Source of the DNA: Octopus vulgaris
Lineage: Eukaryota
NCBI GenBank assembly: GCA_951406725.2
Contig: OX597822.1
Coordinates: 15,810,001 to 15,874,000, forward strand
Direction of reading: 5' to 3'
Length of the DNA: 64,000 nucleotides
In this document: positions 39,831-53,055 of the stretch, in pieces
How positions within the stretch are numbered: the first letter of the stretch is position 1
Layout: each line of letters opens with the position of its first letter
The notes under the pieces: generated by a model
What the model was told of the DNA's origin: nothing
The model's database searches: none
What the model saw: only the letters and a program-made list of their open reading frames with translations
Translations under genes and position numbers: made by a program

Positions 39831-39923
39831 CTTTCCAAGAACACAACACAGAGCCCGATCCTGGAATCGAACTCACTACCTCACGATTGGCGCATGGCTC
39901 TAACTAGTGAACCATGCGCCTTC
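39830..39923 (-). mobile_element. tRNA-like SINE head fragment
   Basis: Minus strand gaaggcgcatggttcactagttagagc...gagttcgattcc (A/B boxes). Confidence 0.6.
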
Positions 39924-39968
39924 GCGTATATATAAATATTGAGGGAATATTGCACATATCTAAAAGAA

Positions 39969-40156
39969 TGTTTGTCCCCTCTGTGTTTAGCCCCTTGTGG
40001 GTAGTAAAGAAATAGGTATTTCGTTTGCCGAGGTCGACTTTACCTTTCATCCTTTCGGAGTCGATATATTAAGTACCAGTTCCGTACTGGCGTCGATCTA
40101 ATCGACTGGGTCCCTCCTCCAATATTTCAGACCTTTTGCCTAGAATAGAAAAGAAT
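39969..40156 (+). mobile_element. Family B SINE tail joined to a headless second unit
   Basis: Has the same AAAGAAATA|GGTATTTC junction as the trimer at 18883-19465. Confidence 0.8.
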
Positions 40157-40503
40157 AATGGAGTATTTATTTCTTATTTGTTACCCCTAATAAATATTAA
40201 ATGTTAATAACAAGTTACATCTTATACAATTTTGTCAATTATGTGAAGAAGTTTTCAGAAAATATATTTGATGTTCTTTTTCCATTTCTAACATCCTGCG
40301 ATTTTCCGTATATTTCTAAAAATTCGTTATCACGTTTCCACTCCTGTTTTCACCTGTTAATTTTTATCCAGAAGATAAAGTAAAGAGAAAGATTTTAAGT
40401 AATCAAAACCAACATGAGTTATTGGACTTTGGTTGCCTCATATAGATATATTCAAATATATATATATATAGGTGCGTGTGTATGTAAGTGTGTGTGTATA
40501 TAC

Positions 40504-40540
<37 letters not shown>

Positions 40541-40581
40541 TAGAGAGAGAGAGAGAGACAGAGAGAGAGAGACAGAGAGAG

Positions 40582-40960
40582 GTGGAGTCGCAATAGCCCA
40601 GTGGTTAGGGCAGCGGACTCGCGGTCGTAGGATCGCAGTTTCGACTCCCGGACCGGGCGTTGTGAGTGTTTATTGAGCGAAAACACCTAAAGCTCCATGT
40701 GGCTCCGGCAGGGGGTGGTGGCGATCCCTGCTGTACTCTTTCACCAGAATTTTCTCTCACTCTATCTTCCTGTTTCTGTTGTACCTGTATTTCAAAGGGC
40801 CAGCATTGTCCCACTCTGTGTCACGCTGAATCTCCCCGAGAACTCGTTAACATGTCTGTGGAGTACTCAGCCACTTGCACGTTAATTTCACGAGCAGGCT
40901 GTTCCGGTGATCGGATCAACTGGAATCCCCGTCATCGTAATCGACGGAGTGCCAACAAAA
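40582..40960 (+). mobile_element. Full-length tRNA-derived SINE family D (head shared with family C)
   Basis: A box TAGCCCAGTGG, B-box-like GTTTCGACTCC; head gcagcggactcgcggtcg is shared with family C but the tail differs. Confidence 0.9.
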
Positions 40961-42886
40961 TATATAGACAGACAGACAGGCAGAGTGAGAGGGACAGATG
41001 TACACCAGGGGTAAATGGATTTATTTGTAGCAAGTGATATGGAATATGTGTTTAAAGATTATTTTATATGCTACTGCTGTCGTCGACATATTTTGACGCT
41101 TGATCTTGCATCCCTTTCAATAACTCTACTACCACCAACACCACCACCACTACTGCCATCATCACCATCTTCACCACTGCCACCACCACCACCACCACCA
41201 TCATTATCATCAGTTTTCATCATCTCTATCTATATTATTGTTAGTATTTTTCCAAAAAAGTCCTCTATACAAAATATTCAAAATAACTTATCTTCCAGCT
41301 TTGTCCGAAAGAGAACTTCAATAGCGACAAATTGCTGAAGCAATTGCTACCATATTCAAGAAACGATGAAAATAACTTTCATAAATTCAGACAAGCTGCA
41401 TTGTGTGGGAGTAAATATTACTGTTCAAAGCTTACGGAAAACGTATTAAAAAATGGGGCAGCAACTCGCCATCAAAAATATTCATAACATTCAGTCATCG
41501 CAACCATATTTCTGGTTACTTATTATTGGTTTATTTGTCTTATTTGTCTTATTGCTGGAGTTAGGTGACCTTTGTGTGAAGTGAGCATGTGTAGAACAGT
41601 CCAATTTGTTATTTGTTGTCCATAGAACAAGTTATGTTTCCCATAATTATCAATTAATCTTGCTAATTGCGTGAGAGTAATTTTATCATCAGTGTTGTTA
41701 TGATACAAGGAACTATTCAGGTTAATTACTTTCGAGCAGATTATTCACTGAATTACTGCTGATGGATGACCTTCAGCTGTCATTTGAGATTGCCTAACTT
41801 AAGAATCATATTATATTGAATTTAAGCTGTGTAGAATCACGAATCATGTAATTTGTTGATGATATGAAAGCACGATTTGTAATCTCAATTTTTTGTTTGT
41901 TTTCTTGACTATAAATTCTTGTGATGTTATCCGTTGTCCTGTAACATTGCCGTATATGTCAGTGATAATGCCGGTTATTATAGTGTCCTTCTTTGCTAGA
42001 ATTATTTTGTTATATTTCTATCTAGTGTTTCTGTGTTAAAAATGAACATATTCATAATTTATTAACGCATTTAGACTTATGACATCGTTCCAGCTGTTTT
42101 TCACAGAGTTTGGATTTCATCTACCCCACGTGATTACTAATTCCCTCTCATAATTTCCATTTTATTTTCCGCATTGGTATTCAAAACATTTTTGCGTTTC
42201 TTCTTGATTTAAATTTTCAGCTCTTTTCATTACTTTGTTCATTCGATCATTTTCCCTTTATGAAGGATTCCTACCTTTCATATTCAAGACGTAGAAAACA
42301 TTCTAGTTTTCGTTTTACTTCCTGAGTCTCTAATTTTATTGTTGTTTTTATGTTAAAGATACGTACGTATACCTCCCATAAACATTCATTCACTTTGAAT
42401 TGTATATGATTTGTTTTATGCTAACTTCAACCTTGTGAATTAACGTTCCTTTTGAAATTTTAGTACCTAATTGTCTGGAGTCACCTTTATTGTAAACTTG
42501 CTTTTCCCCTCAAATTACATATTTTTCACCTTACGTCTGTGTCTCATTTAACTTAGTTTCATCCTTTTATTTCTCGCGATATATTTCATATTAACTCTTT
42601 CGTCTCAAAGAGTCCCACATTAAGTTTTGCAAGTTTCGCGCATATTTCGATACGTTATGTTTTTAATAACTACATCGCTACAGCGTAAATTGTAAAAGAC
42701 AATTTTCCCTTTGATCCCTTTATAGCACCTATTTAAGGAAGGACTAGCCAAGTGATGGGTCGATCTAATCATAAAGCCTATCCGACTAAACATATTTGTC
42801 GATACCATTGAAACATATCTTTCTTCACTAGACGACCGCAACGGTCTACTCAATAGTCACGTACAACTGATTGCAGCCTGTGCTAT

Positions 42887-43178
42887 TTGTTCCTTCTCGA
42901 GCTACGCCTGGCTCATAAGGGCCGGACTCCTTGGCGTATAGGTTCCCATCTGGACGGAATGCCGGTCCGTCGCAGGTGAGCTGCAAGATGCAGGAGGAAA
43001 GAGTGAGAGGAAGGTGTGGCGAAAGAGTCAGTAGAAGTTCGCCATTACCTTCTGCCGGAGACGCGTGGAGCTTAGGTGTTTCGCTCATAAACGCACACAT
43101 CGTCCGGTCTGAGATTCGAACACGCGATACCTCGACCGCGAGTCCGCTGCTCTAACCACTAGGCCATGTGCCTCCACA
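42887..43178 (-). mobile_element. SINE family C with decayed 13-bp TSD
   Basis: Homologous to 17315-17608. Flanks are ttgcagcctgtgc (42871-83) and ttgtagtttgtgc (43179-91). Confidence 0.9.
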
Positions 43179-44563
43179 TTGTAGTTTGTGCACGAAGAAT
43201 GATTTTTGAACCTTACTATTTATCTAATTCACATATAAGGCATTTTTACAGAGTAAGTAACTTGCATAACGAGACGGCACATAATGGAGGAATGAAAACA
43301 CGTAACTGGAAATCAAAAGAAACAGCAAAAAATGGAGAATAGTTTCAAGAAACTAGTTTTACACTACGAGGAAATAATAAATTGTAAGTAAGCAAAATAA
43401 AATACTATAAAAAAATGTAGAAGATATTCAAAAGAGAATTAACAGGGAAAACTTCTGAATATACTGAAAAATTCAAAGCAACAATGGTAGAGAGTTAAAC
43501 AAATATAACAATGGTGATAACAATAGAGACAATGCGATAACAGATCGTCTAGTGAAGGCTATAATCCACTTCATAAAGCCATCACCGGAATCATATCAAT
43601 GCTAATGTTAGGTGTAGACAAAGCGTGGAAGGAGACAACCTCATTACACAATACACATCATTATGCAATAAAGAATCAATTAAAATGATAAACACAAACA
43701 CAAGGACGAATGAAATCCGATGTATATAAAAAGATGAGAAAGAGAGAAAAAAACGTTTCTTTTTTTTTGTCTGGAGTTGAAAGTGATATCAGTCGCTTCG
43801 TGGGAAAATGAAATTCGCTTATACAAGGGTGAAAATTATACGAGAAATACTATGCTCCAGCAGAAAGTGCAGAGATTACTTAAACTTGGTGCATATACTT
43901 CGCCTAATCTTAATTAACAGAATCATGAACCTTGGAAATAACCTGCATCGCAGGGTCAAACGATTTCACTTCTTATCGACGAGGTTTTCATTAGCCTTCG
44001 CAAAACAATATGTTTTATCGTTAGTTTCTGGTCAACCATAGCCATCTTCTGACGTTGTCAGGTGTCATATTTGTCTCCCTCGTGTCTTTTATCTGCTGTT
44101 TGAGTAACAACTTACTTTTGTACAAAAAAAAACATGGTGCCCCCATTAGGACGCCGTATCAACCTACTAAGTTAGATGTCTTGTATCCTTAGACAACTCC
44201 CCAATGTGTGTGTGTGTGTGTGTGTGTATGTTTGTATGTGTCTGCGTATGTATGTTTGCATATATATAATTTACTATACGCAACCCCCAAGGAGCTGCCA
44301 AGTGATTCCTGCCTAAAGTTACGTTAAATTCGCATATTTATATAACATGCCATGTATCTCCAAGCAATCTTTGAGGCTCAGATTGGTTGCAAATATATAT
44401 CATTTTATATTAATCTGTCAATTTAATGGAATTTAAAGCGTGTAACTATTAATTGCCCTTCTTTAATTGTGTATAGTAGATGATATTTAACTCTTTTTTC
44501 TTTCACTAGATACCGCACATTTTCGTTGCTCCAATCTGTATATGTATGTGTATATATACATGC

Positions 44564-44629
<66 letters not shown>

Positions 44630-45503
44630 GAAATGAGGGACTCAGAAATGCGGATGGCTTTGTATTTACAGATATTTATTTGTATATTTCATGTTTTTAT
44701 ACATCATATAACTAAGATCATGTATTAGCGCTTTCTCCCATTCTAGTGGGGTTTTCAAATCGAACTAAGTTCCTGTGTGAAAAGATTTGACCAGTTTATA
44801 GTGGTATTCAGTTTATAGTGGTATTCAGTTTGTAGTGGTGGGGAGGAATATAAGACAGTATGAGGAGAAAGCGAGAGAGAGAGAGCATATGTGTGTGTGT
44901 GTGCGTGCGTGTGTGCGTGCGTGTGTGTGTGCTTTTGTATTTGGAATGAGTGCTAAAGAAAGAGAGGGGAAGGGAGAGGGAAGAAGAAAAAAAGAATTAT
45001 ATTATTTGCTCTGCTGGGGGTGGTCTAAGATCTTGGGGAAAAAGAATTTCAGTTTTCACCATTTCATAGTGTTATTGAGTGTGTGGTGGCGGGGAGGTAG
45101 ACCATAAATTATATTTCCTTTTATCATTGTGAGAGAGTGTGTGTATATCTAATGAGGGGTGGTCAAATGATTTTTGGGGTTTAGAGAAGAAGAATTCTTT
45201 TATGATTATTTTGTGGAGGTGTGCGTGGGGGGGGGTCTGTGATTTTGAAGAAGGGAAGAAAGGAGAAAAGGAAAAAAAGGGGAAGGAGCAATAATTGTGT
45301 TGATATTTATACCACTATATATATATACATATATACATATGTATAAAATATTAGAAAGAACCACCTTTTATCAATTCAAAATGAATAATTAAATTACACC
45401 ATCTAGAAAATAACATATCATAGAAAAGGTTAAAATTAAAATAACAATTAAAAAGTAAAGATTAAGTAAATTACAAAAATAAAATAACGTACAAATAGGT
45501 AAA

Positions 45504-45567
<64 letters not shown>

Positions 45568-45887
45568 TATATGCTAAATGCTCCACTATATTAAATTGTA
45601 AATTGAAAGATTTGTTCTTCAATGTATCATGAGTAAAATTTCATAAAATCCATACTTGAAAAAGAGACTCTCTTGTTTTGAAGTTACAAATGACAGAATA
45701 CAAACTGACAACTACTGATCTTCAATTGATTTAGTCTAATATCTCACTGATCGACAGCTAAATAAATATTAAATTTTATCATACAGGAGCAACTGGTTCC
45801 ACAAATTAAAGTGAAATGGTTTCATTCAAATATTAGGATTACCTTTGTTCAATGTTGTATTTTCAAAAACCAAAACATATGTGTAGA

Positions 45888-45928
<41 letters not shown>

Positions 45929-45939
45929 CTGTGTGTGTG

Positions 45940-45985
<46 letters not shown>

Positions 45986-45988
<3 letters not shown>

Positions 45989-48698
45989 ACTTAGCAAATT
46001 TGGTCCTTCATCTGGTACAGCTTATTATAGAGATATTTTCAACCATTCAATTTGGGGGAGAACTTAGTCATGAAATATTTTTCCATATTCCTCCTGAAAG
46101 AGGTGTAAATTCTTTGGACATTTGTAAATTTAAGAAGGGAAAGATCTTAAATTTTCCTTCTCCACATGTAGCTATGTAGCTAGGTATGTACTCAGTGGTA
46201 TCTTGCGCAGTTCTTCCTGTCGATAATGTTGTCGGTGAATCCTGGCTCGTTGGCATAAAGAATTTCCAGTTTCACCTATGTAATCTTCCTTGCACGTGGG
46301 GCAGGTTATGCAGTATATTACGTTCTGCGACTTGCAGTTCATATCTGCATTTACTTTAAATACATGACCACTTTTAAATTTCATTTCTTTGTCTCCCTCT
46401 ATGTATTTATAGGTGGGGTTGCTGCAGATCCCACATCTACCATCTCCGCAATCTTTTGCAAAGAATTCAGTTTTAGTTTCTGATGAGAATTTCGCTCTTG
46501 TTAGATGTTTCTTTAGGTTTTTGTCTTGCCGTCTACTGTTTTTTATGCAATATTTGTTTAGTATGTTTTCCATTTTGGGATTTGTAGGACTATTGGTAGG
46601 TTTGAATGTATGATTTAGAACACGTTGGTAACTCCAGTGTTGTGCGTTTTTATGAAAGGGATAATGTTTTCTTGTTTTGGGTGTCCTGAGTTGTGCGATG
46701 TCTAGTTGCTCTTGTGATTCCATTTTCTATTAGTTTAAGAGGGTATTTTTGCTCTAGTAGGAAGTTTTCAGTTCATCTAGTCTTATTAGTCGTGTTTGTG
46801 AGTCAGTTACTATGTTACATATTCGTCTTGCCATACTATATGGGATGTTTCTTTTTATGTGGGATGGGTGGCAGGAGTGGAAATTTAAATATTGGTGTGT
46901 GTCGGTGTTTTTGTAGTGGATGTCTGTTGTGATGATGTCTAAGAAGGGAAGTTCGTTGTAGCTGGTATCTATTGTGAAGTTGACAGATGGGTGCAGCGTG
47001 TTGAGGATGTTGTGGAATGTTCGCAGGTCTTCTTCTGATCTGTTCCAAAAGATGAAGCAGTCATCGAGGTAGCGTTTCCACTTTTTCTTGATGTCTTCTC
47101 TGAAGTCGTGTTCGAAGACTTTCCCTATTTCATCGTATAGTTTGTTCTCCAGGAAACCCATCACCAGTTTGACATATGAAGGTACGAATTTTGTACCCAT
47201 AGCCGTGCCCTTTATCTGTCGGTATATCTTGTTGTTGAATGAGAATATATTTTCTTCGAGTATTAATTGGGTGGCTTGGGTGATAAAGTCTATCTTGAAA
47301 CGTTCGTCTATGAGTTCCCTGTATTTTTTTACCGATTGTTTTATTGCTTCCAGACCTAGGTTGTGTGGTATGTTCTTGTATAGATTTGTGACATCGAAGC
47401 TTGCAAGTATGGTGTTTTTCGGGACTGTATTTGGAATGTGTGTGAGGAAGCGTATGTCATCCCTTATGTAGCTTGGTATCTGTGGGCATAAAGGTTTGAG
47501 GAGTACTTCTATTAAATGGCTTAGTTGTTGTGTTGGTGCCTGGGGTCCTGCCACTATTGGTCTCATTGTGTGGTCTGCAGGCCTTTGTATTCTTATATAG
47601 TGGTTCTTCTGTTCCCTTATGGCTCTCTATATTTCAGAGCTTTTATGAATTTTAGGTAATCCATAAAAGTTCTATCTTTGGTTCTTGAATTGCATAGATA
47701 GTCTTTCTCCTTATCTGTAAAGGAGTCCTGGTATTCATTGATTAAAGTTCTTTTTTTTTATTGTTGCTTTCTCCGTTGGTGTTGGTTCCTCTTTATAGTA
47801 TGTCTGGTTGTTAAGCAATTCCAGTATCTTTTCTTTGTAGTAACCTGTATCCATGATAACTATTGCTCCACCTTTGTCAGCTTCTTTTATAATGATCGAC
47901 TTGTCATTTTTTAGTTTTTGTAAGGCTTGTTTTTCTCCTCTGTGAAGGTTCTGTTTGCATTTGTGTGTGTTGAGAGGAAATTTAGAGATTGTCTCTATGT
48001 ATGCGTCAAGGTGTTTGTCACTTCCCTTGTAAGGGGTGAAATGGGATTTTTTTCTTATGATTGAGTTATTTTCTGTTTCTTTATTTTCAAAGAATTCCAT
48101 AAGGCGGAGGTGGCGGCTGAAATTATCTATATCAGTTTTTAGTTCTATGAGGTTTGGAGTGGGTGTAGGTGTAAATTTGAGGCCTTTTAGTAGTAGGTTC
48201 ATTTCATTTTCGTTAAGTTCTCTTTTAGATAGGTTTATTATTTTGGTGTATTTTTGGTGTATTGGGTCTGGAGTATGGTTGAAGTATCCTTTCCATAAAA
48301 AAGGGGTTGTGTTGTTGCGTCTCCAAATTCCATTTTCAGTTCTTAGGTTTTCTTGTAGTAGTAGGGGCGGTCTGTGTGGTCTGTATGTATTGTTTTATCT
48401 TTGGTAGTTGTTTTCTTCCCATCTTCTGTGTTTGTTGAGCCAATTTCTATTACTGGGGTTCAGGTTTCTTTGTGGGTAGGTGGATGGTTCATGTTTTGTG
48501 TTTGTATTGTATTGATAGTGGGAGTTGTTTTTTATCCATCTTGTAAATTTGTAGGGTTGCATGGGGTTGGTGTTTGTGTGGTTTGGATTTCCTCGATGTT
48601 TGTTGTAGGTTATTTCTATCCACTTGTTTATTGTTCCATATGTGTGTCCTTTTAGGATGCCCAGTGTTATATGTTGGTGGTTGTTCATATTATATTTG

Positions 48699-48700
<2 letters not shown>
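45986..48700 (-). mobile_element. Penelope-like retroelement (probably Neptune-type), bounded by (TG)n and (TA)n
   Basis: RT followed by a GIY-YIG domain with a Cys-rich linker; microsatellites abut both ends. Confidence 0.95.
46039..48688 (-). pseudogene. Frameshifted PLE polyprotein: reverse transcriptase + GIY-YIG endonuclease
   Basis: LLKGLKFTPTP, IIKEADKGGAIV, FYGLPKIHK, RPIVAG, FDVTNLY, GTAMG, RYLDD, LPFLD, CGDGRCGIC, NVIYCITCPTCKEDYIGET, ending FSPKLNG*. Confidence 0.93.
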
Positions 48701-48781
<81 letters not shown>

Positions 48782-48836
48782 CAAACATACATACATACAT
48801 ATAGATAGTTAGATCATATATAATATATATATATAT

Positions 48837-48883
<47 letters not shown>

Positions 48884-49149
48884 TACAGCGAGAGAGACAG
48901 ACACACAGAAAGACAGAAACAGAGACAGACAGATAGTGAGATATTTCCGAGTATGGGATATTCCTTCATAAGAGACAAATAGGGGCTGGGCAAGATGACG
49001 GGAATAAAAGAGGAAGGGAATAAAAGAATAAGGCGATGGAAAAAAGAAGAAAAAGGAAGCTATGTCTTGTCTTGCAATGCGGCTAGAAACAGTGTCCTAC
49101 AGAAATACTGTAACACATAATAAAGTGTTATATTCATCGTCCGGTTTCT

Positions 49150-49190
<41 letters not shown>

Positions 49191-50099
49191 CTGCGCGCGT
49201 GTGAGTGTGTGAATGTATGTGTATATACATACTCGAGCACACACATTTATGTATGTACTGACGTAGGTATGTGTGTGAGCGTGTAAAATACATGCTACGA
49301 CTTGGTGAAGGCTAAGCGAAACACTTTAGAATAGTTAAGATGAACTCTTACTGACGACCGTAGTTGTTGATTTACAGTTAACTGTACACTTCAGCTTGTA
49401 AGATGAAATTGCTTTGATACACAGTTCACATTACCTAACCTCATGGAACTCGTCAAAACTGATAAACCGAGATGGCTTCGAGGGGTATGGAACGCGTTGT
49501 AAGATCTCACATTAACCCCAGAGTCGGTTATTTATATAATGATGGTTAAACATTTATAACTTTGAAATACATAAGAAACAAGTATTATCATCTGTGATAA
49601 TTTGATCTGAAACGTAATTGATATAAGGTGAAATAATACACCGGATAGGAATTAATCATTGTGATAGGACCTGGATATTTTATTGTCATGAGATGTTATG
49701 CAACACAAAGTGAACTTCTATATAGCCCAAGAGAAAGGGATTATATATTCTAACAACAGAGTAATTTTATTAATTTACTTGAAACATAGCAGATGTCGAA
49801 TAGATGGATGTATACTGACCCAATAAGGTTCGATTAGAGAGTGAAAACTCGCCGTTTATGAAGAAAATTTTGTAGAAAATGACAAGAGGCTAAATCCAGT
49901 ACCATAATGAAAAATTATGAAGGTGAAATACTAATCTATTTATCATATATTTACCATATATATATATATCTATTATGTATCACTGCGTGCAATGATAGTA
50001 TTCAATATAGATATTGCAATGAAGATAGGAAATTCAAATTGGTACATCGGATATGATTTGTTCGATCGCAAAAATTACGGAAGCACAACGTGTCATGTG

Positions 50100-50168
<69 letters not shown>

Positions 50169-50204
50169 ATTTATATATATAGATATATATATATAATTTA
50201 TAGA

Positions 50205-50330
50205 AAAACAAAAGATGAAGACAGGTGTATGAACAACAAGCAGGTGTAATTGTTTGACGTTTGCGAAAAACCAAAGTCTTTTACGTTTCGAGGAATAAGA
50301 GAAAATAAACAGAGAGAGAGAAGGAAAAAA
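50205..50330 (-). repeat. Dispersed repeat related to 1975-2105 (probable PLE terminal-repeat relic) next to (TA)n
   Basis: acaaaaga.gaagac.g..g..t..aacaacaa.ca...ttttacgtttcgag is shared between the two loci. Confidence 0.6.
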
Positions 50331-51806
50331 AACTTGTAGATTTCAGCGGTCCAGCATGGCGAATGGTTACGAAAAAGTTAGAAGAGGTTGAAAGAAAGGG
50401 ATATAATAAAGTGTTGGCGTTGGCGTGGGTGGGGGTGTGATGGAGTGCTATCAATGAAAAGAGGTGCTGGGTAGGAGTGAATAGAGGAAGTAGGTGTCAG
50501 ATGAAGAGAGGAGGGGAGTCATGAAATTATATATATATCAAACTGGCTTAACTGATGATGGCTGCGGAAATCGCCAAGACCTACGTCAGCATGGGATCTA
50601 AACTCGGAACAGGATTTCCAGCAACAATAGCCCAATCCCTTCACCAAAACATCCGAGTTGAAATCCCACCCCATCCACTACAACTATCTACATTATATAC
50701 TTATTAATCTATTTCTCCTTAATATAACATAATCACCCCCTTTAACAAATGCCAAATCTTTCAATTATGAACCTAATTTGGAATAGGGAAGGCATTGCTG
50801 CTTAACCTCAAGGTTAGAACCCCCTGACAACTAACTTTATTTTTCTGTACCTTCTATACCACGGGTGAGCTTGTTTACACAAGTTTCAATCTGGACTTAA
50901 TCTTTTCAACCAGCATATTGGTCTAACTTATAGTAGACCCTACTAATCCTACCCACTTATAAACAACACTGTAGAACATAACTTAAATCTTATAACTTAA
51001 TATTAACCGTTCCCCTCTCTTGACGGTATAGGTCTGCATTTGGGCACCGTAGTTGATGGCTTTAACATGTGACATTTCATTTAGGCTTGTTATGTATGAA
51101 TGGAAGTGAAATTTGGTGGTAGACCCAGTTTGGCTACACCCACGTAAGGGTTAATATTACAATACCTTTAGCAATAGGAACAATCTAATTTTAATTTTGA
51201 TATACTAATTTTAAATTTAATTTGATATATTCGGTAAGATTTAGTAAAATGTCGTAGGGCCTGGAGTGTGTACTGTTTTTTTTTTGTACTTTGGTTCTCT
51301 TGTGAGGCAGAATGCACCCAGTAACGTGTAGACATTTACTTGTTCGTCTAGTATTACCACCTCTTGGAAGTATGCTGGTTATTTAAGATGACAGATTCAG
51401 CATTATATTTCGTGGGTAATTTCCACTAGTATTCAACCCACTATCAGTAGTCTCCCCTTAACTGTAAAAAAGTTGATTGCCGTATTGGTTGCGAGTACTC
51501 ATCTTATTTTTTATTGTTTATTTTTATTTTTTGTTATGTTGAGATGGTGTAGAAGGTTATAAGCAGCTTCGTGCCACTTATGACGTAGCCTTTTCCCCCA
51601 ACACCTTTTTATTTACTGGTACATTTTTCTTCTTTATTTTCGTCTACCCCTGTAACTGTCTTAACTTTCCTTTGGTTTAAATTCAATTGACCAATTGCAG
51701 AGATGGCAGGGCTTTGGTCACTTCCATTTAGTGTTTGGTAGGTAGAATATTTCTGTTAGTACACCATTATAAAAATTTTACGGATTTGGTTTTGGATAAA
51801 TATTAA

Positions 51807-51892
<86 letters not shown>

Positions 51893-51895
51893 TAT

Positions 51896-51934
<39 letters not shown>

Positions 51935-51950
51935 TAAATATTAACTATTT

Positions 51951-51982
<32 letters not shown>

Positions 51983-51985
<3 letters not shown>

Positions 51986-52346
51986 GAATGGTTGTATACT
52001 GTCAATCTAACAAGAACGTGACAGTAGGGGGTACACCACCGCTGTATAGCCCTAGGAAGCATCGAACGCCTCCTGATGGCTTTGATACATTTTTCCCTGT
52101 GTCCTTATATACATATACAAAGGGGAGACAAACACCCCCGGATGCCGAAGCTGCATCTAGGGACACGTGTCCTTATATACATATACGAAGTGGGTGTTTG
52201 TCTCCCCTTCGTATATGTATATAAGGACACAGGGAAAAATGTGTCAAAGCCATCAGGAGGCGTTCGATGCTCCCTAGGGCTATACAGCGGTGGTGTACCC
52301 CCTACTGTCACGTTCTTGTTAGATTGACAGTATACAACCATTCTAT
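51983..52346. repeat. Near-perfect fold-back: 155-bp arms, 54-bp spacer
   Basis: 51983-52137 versus 52192-52346, 3 mismatches, flanked by (TA)n. Confidence 0.97.
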
Positions 52347-52395
52347 CGCCCCACCACCGTACATGTCTCTACGAGAGATTTAGAAATTCAATATT

Positions 52396-52457
<62 letters not shown>

Positions 52458-52506
52458 GAGTATTGCAGTTCGCTTGAAGCATTGTGTATTGTTTGGGAAA
52501 TATAAT

Positions 52507-52775
52507 GTGTCTCGAATAGCACAACAATGTAGAGTGGACTATAATAACTGTTATAATTTAATTATTCCTCGTCTGATATAATATTTTGGAATATAAAAAA
52601 ATCCTTCTTCAGATATCGCTAGGAATCAAAACCGATTATAGCAGTGACTCGATCAATTCCTAGCCATATCTGAAGAAGGAATTTTTTATATTCTGAAATA
52701 TTACATCAAACGATGAATAATTAAATTCTAACAGTTATTATAGTCCACTCTACATTGTTGTGCTATCCAAGACAC
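52507..52775. repeat. Fold-back with ~120-bp arms carrying decayed minimal hammerhead motifs
   Basis: Arms are 52507-52626 and 52656-52775. CTGAAGA-AGGAAT..ATTC(C/T)-GAAATATT motifs lie at 52575-52617 (-) and 52665-52707 (+). Confidence 0.9.
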
Positions 52776-52896
52776 GTAATACACACACATATATGTGTGC
52801 GTGTCTGTGTGTATGTTCATGTATGTATGTTTATGTATGTATGTATGTATGTATATATGTATGTATGCATGTATGTATGTATACACACACATACGC

Positions 52897-53055
52897 ACGA
52901 CGGACATTTTTCAGCTTCCGTCTATCAAATCCACTCGCAAGGATTTGATCGGACCATGGCTATAGGAGAAGACACTTGTAGAATGTGCCGCGCAGTGGGT
53001 CTGATTCCCGAACTCTGTGGTTGGGATGTGCGCTTCTTACCACGCAGCCACTCTG
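52897..53055 (-). mobile_element. Diverged family A SINE (5' half)
   Basis: ttccgtctatcaaatccactc..ggctataggagaagacactt..cgcagtggg..ttaccacgcagccact. Confidence 0.8.

Noticed and set aside
40582-40655. tRNA gene (also heads at 17540-17608, 28568-28640, 43105-43178)
   Set aside because: A/B boxes are present but there is no complete cloverleaf, and each continues into a SINE body.
44625-45510. Non-repetitive blocks between (TA)n tracts, possibly PLE remnants (also 19500-20300)
   Set aside because: No unambiguous protein or ribozyme motif could be read.
50540-50595. CTGATGATGGC..GCCAAGACCTACGTC possible decayed hammerhead in a PLE-like debris region (50520-51810)
   Set aside because: GAAA box is broken and stem I is unclear; no reliable protein motifs nearby.
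51988-52341. Pair of 78-aa ORFs on opposite strands
   Set aside because: Mirror-image by-product of the palindrome.
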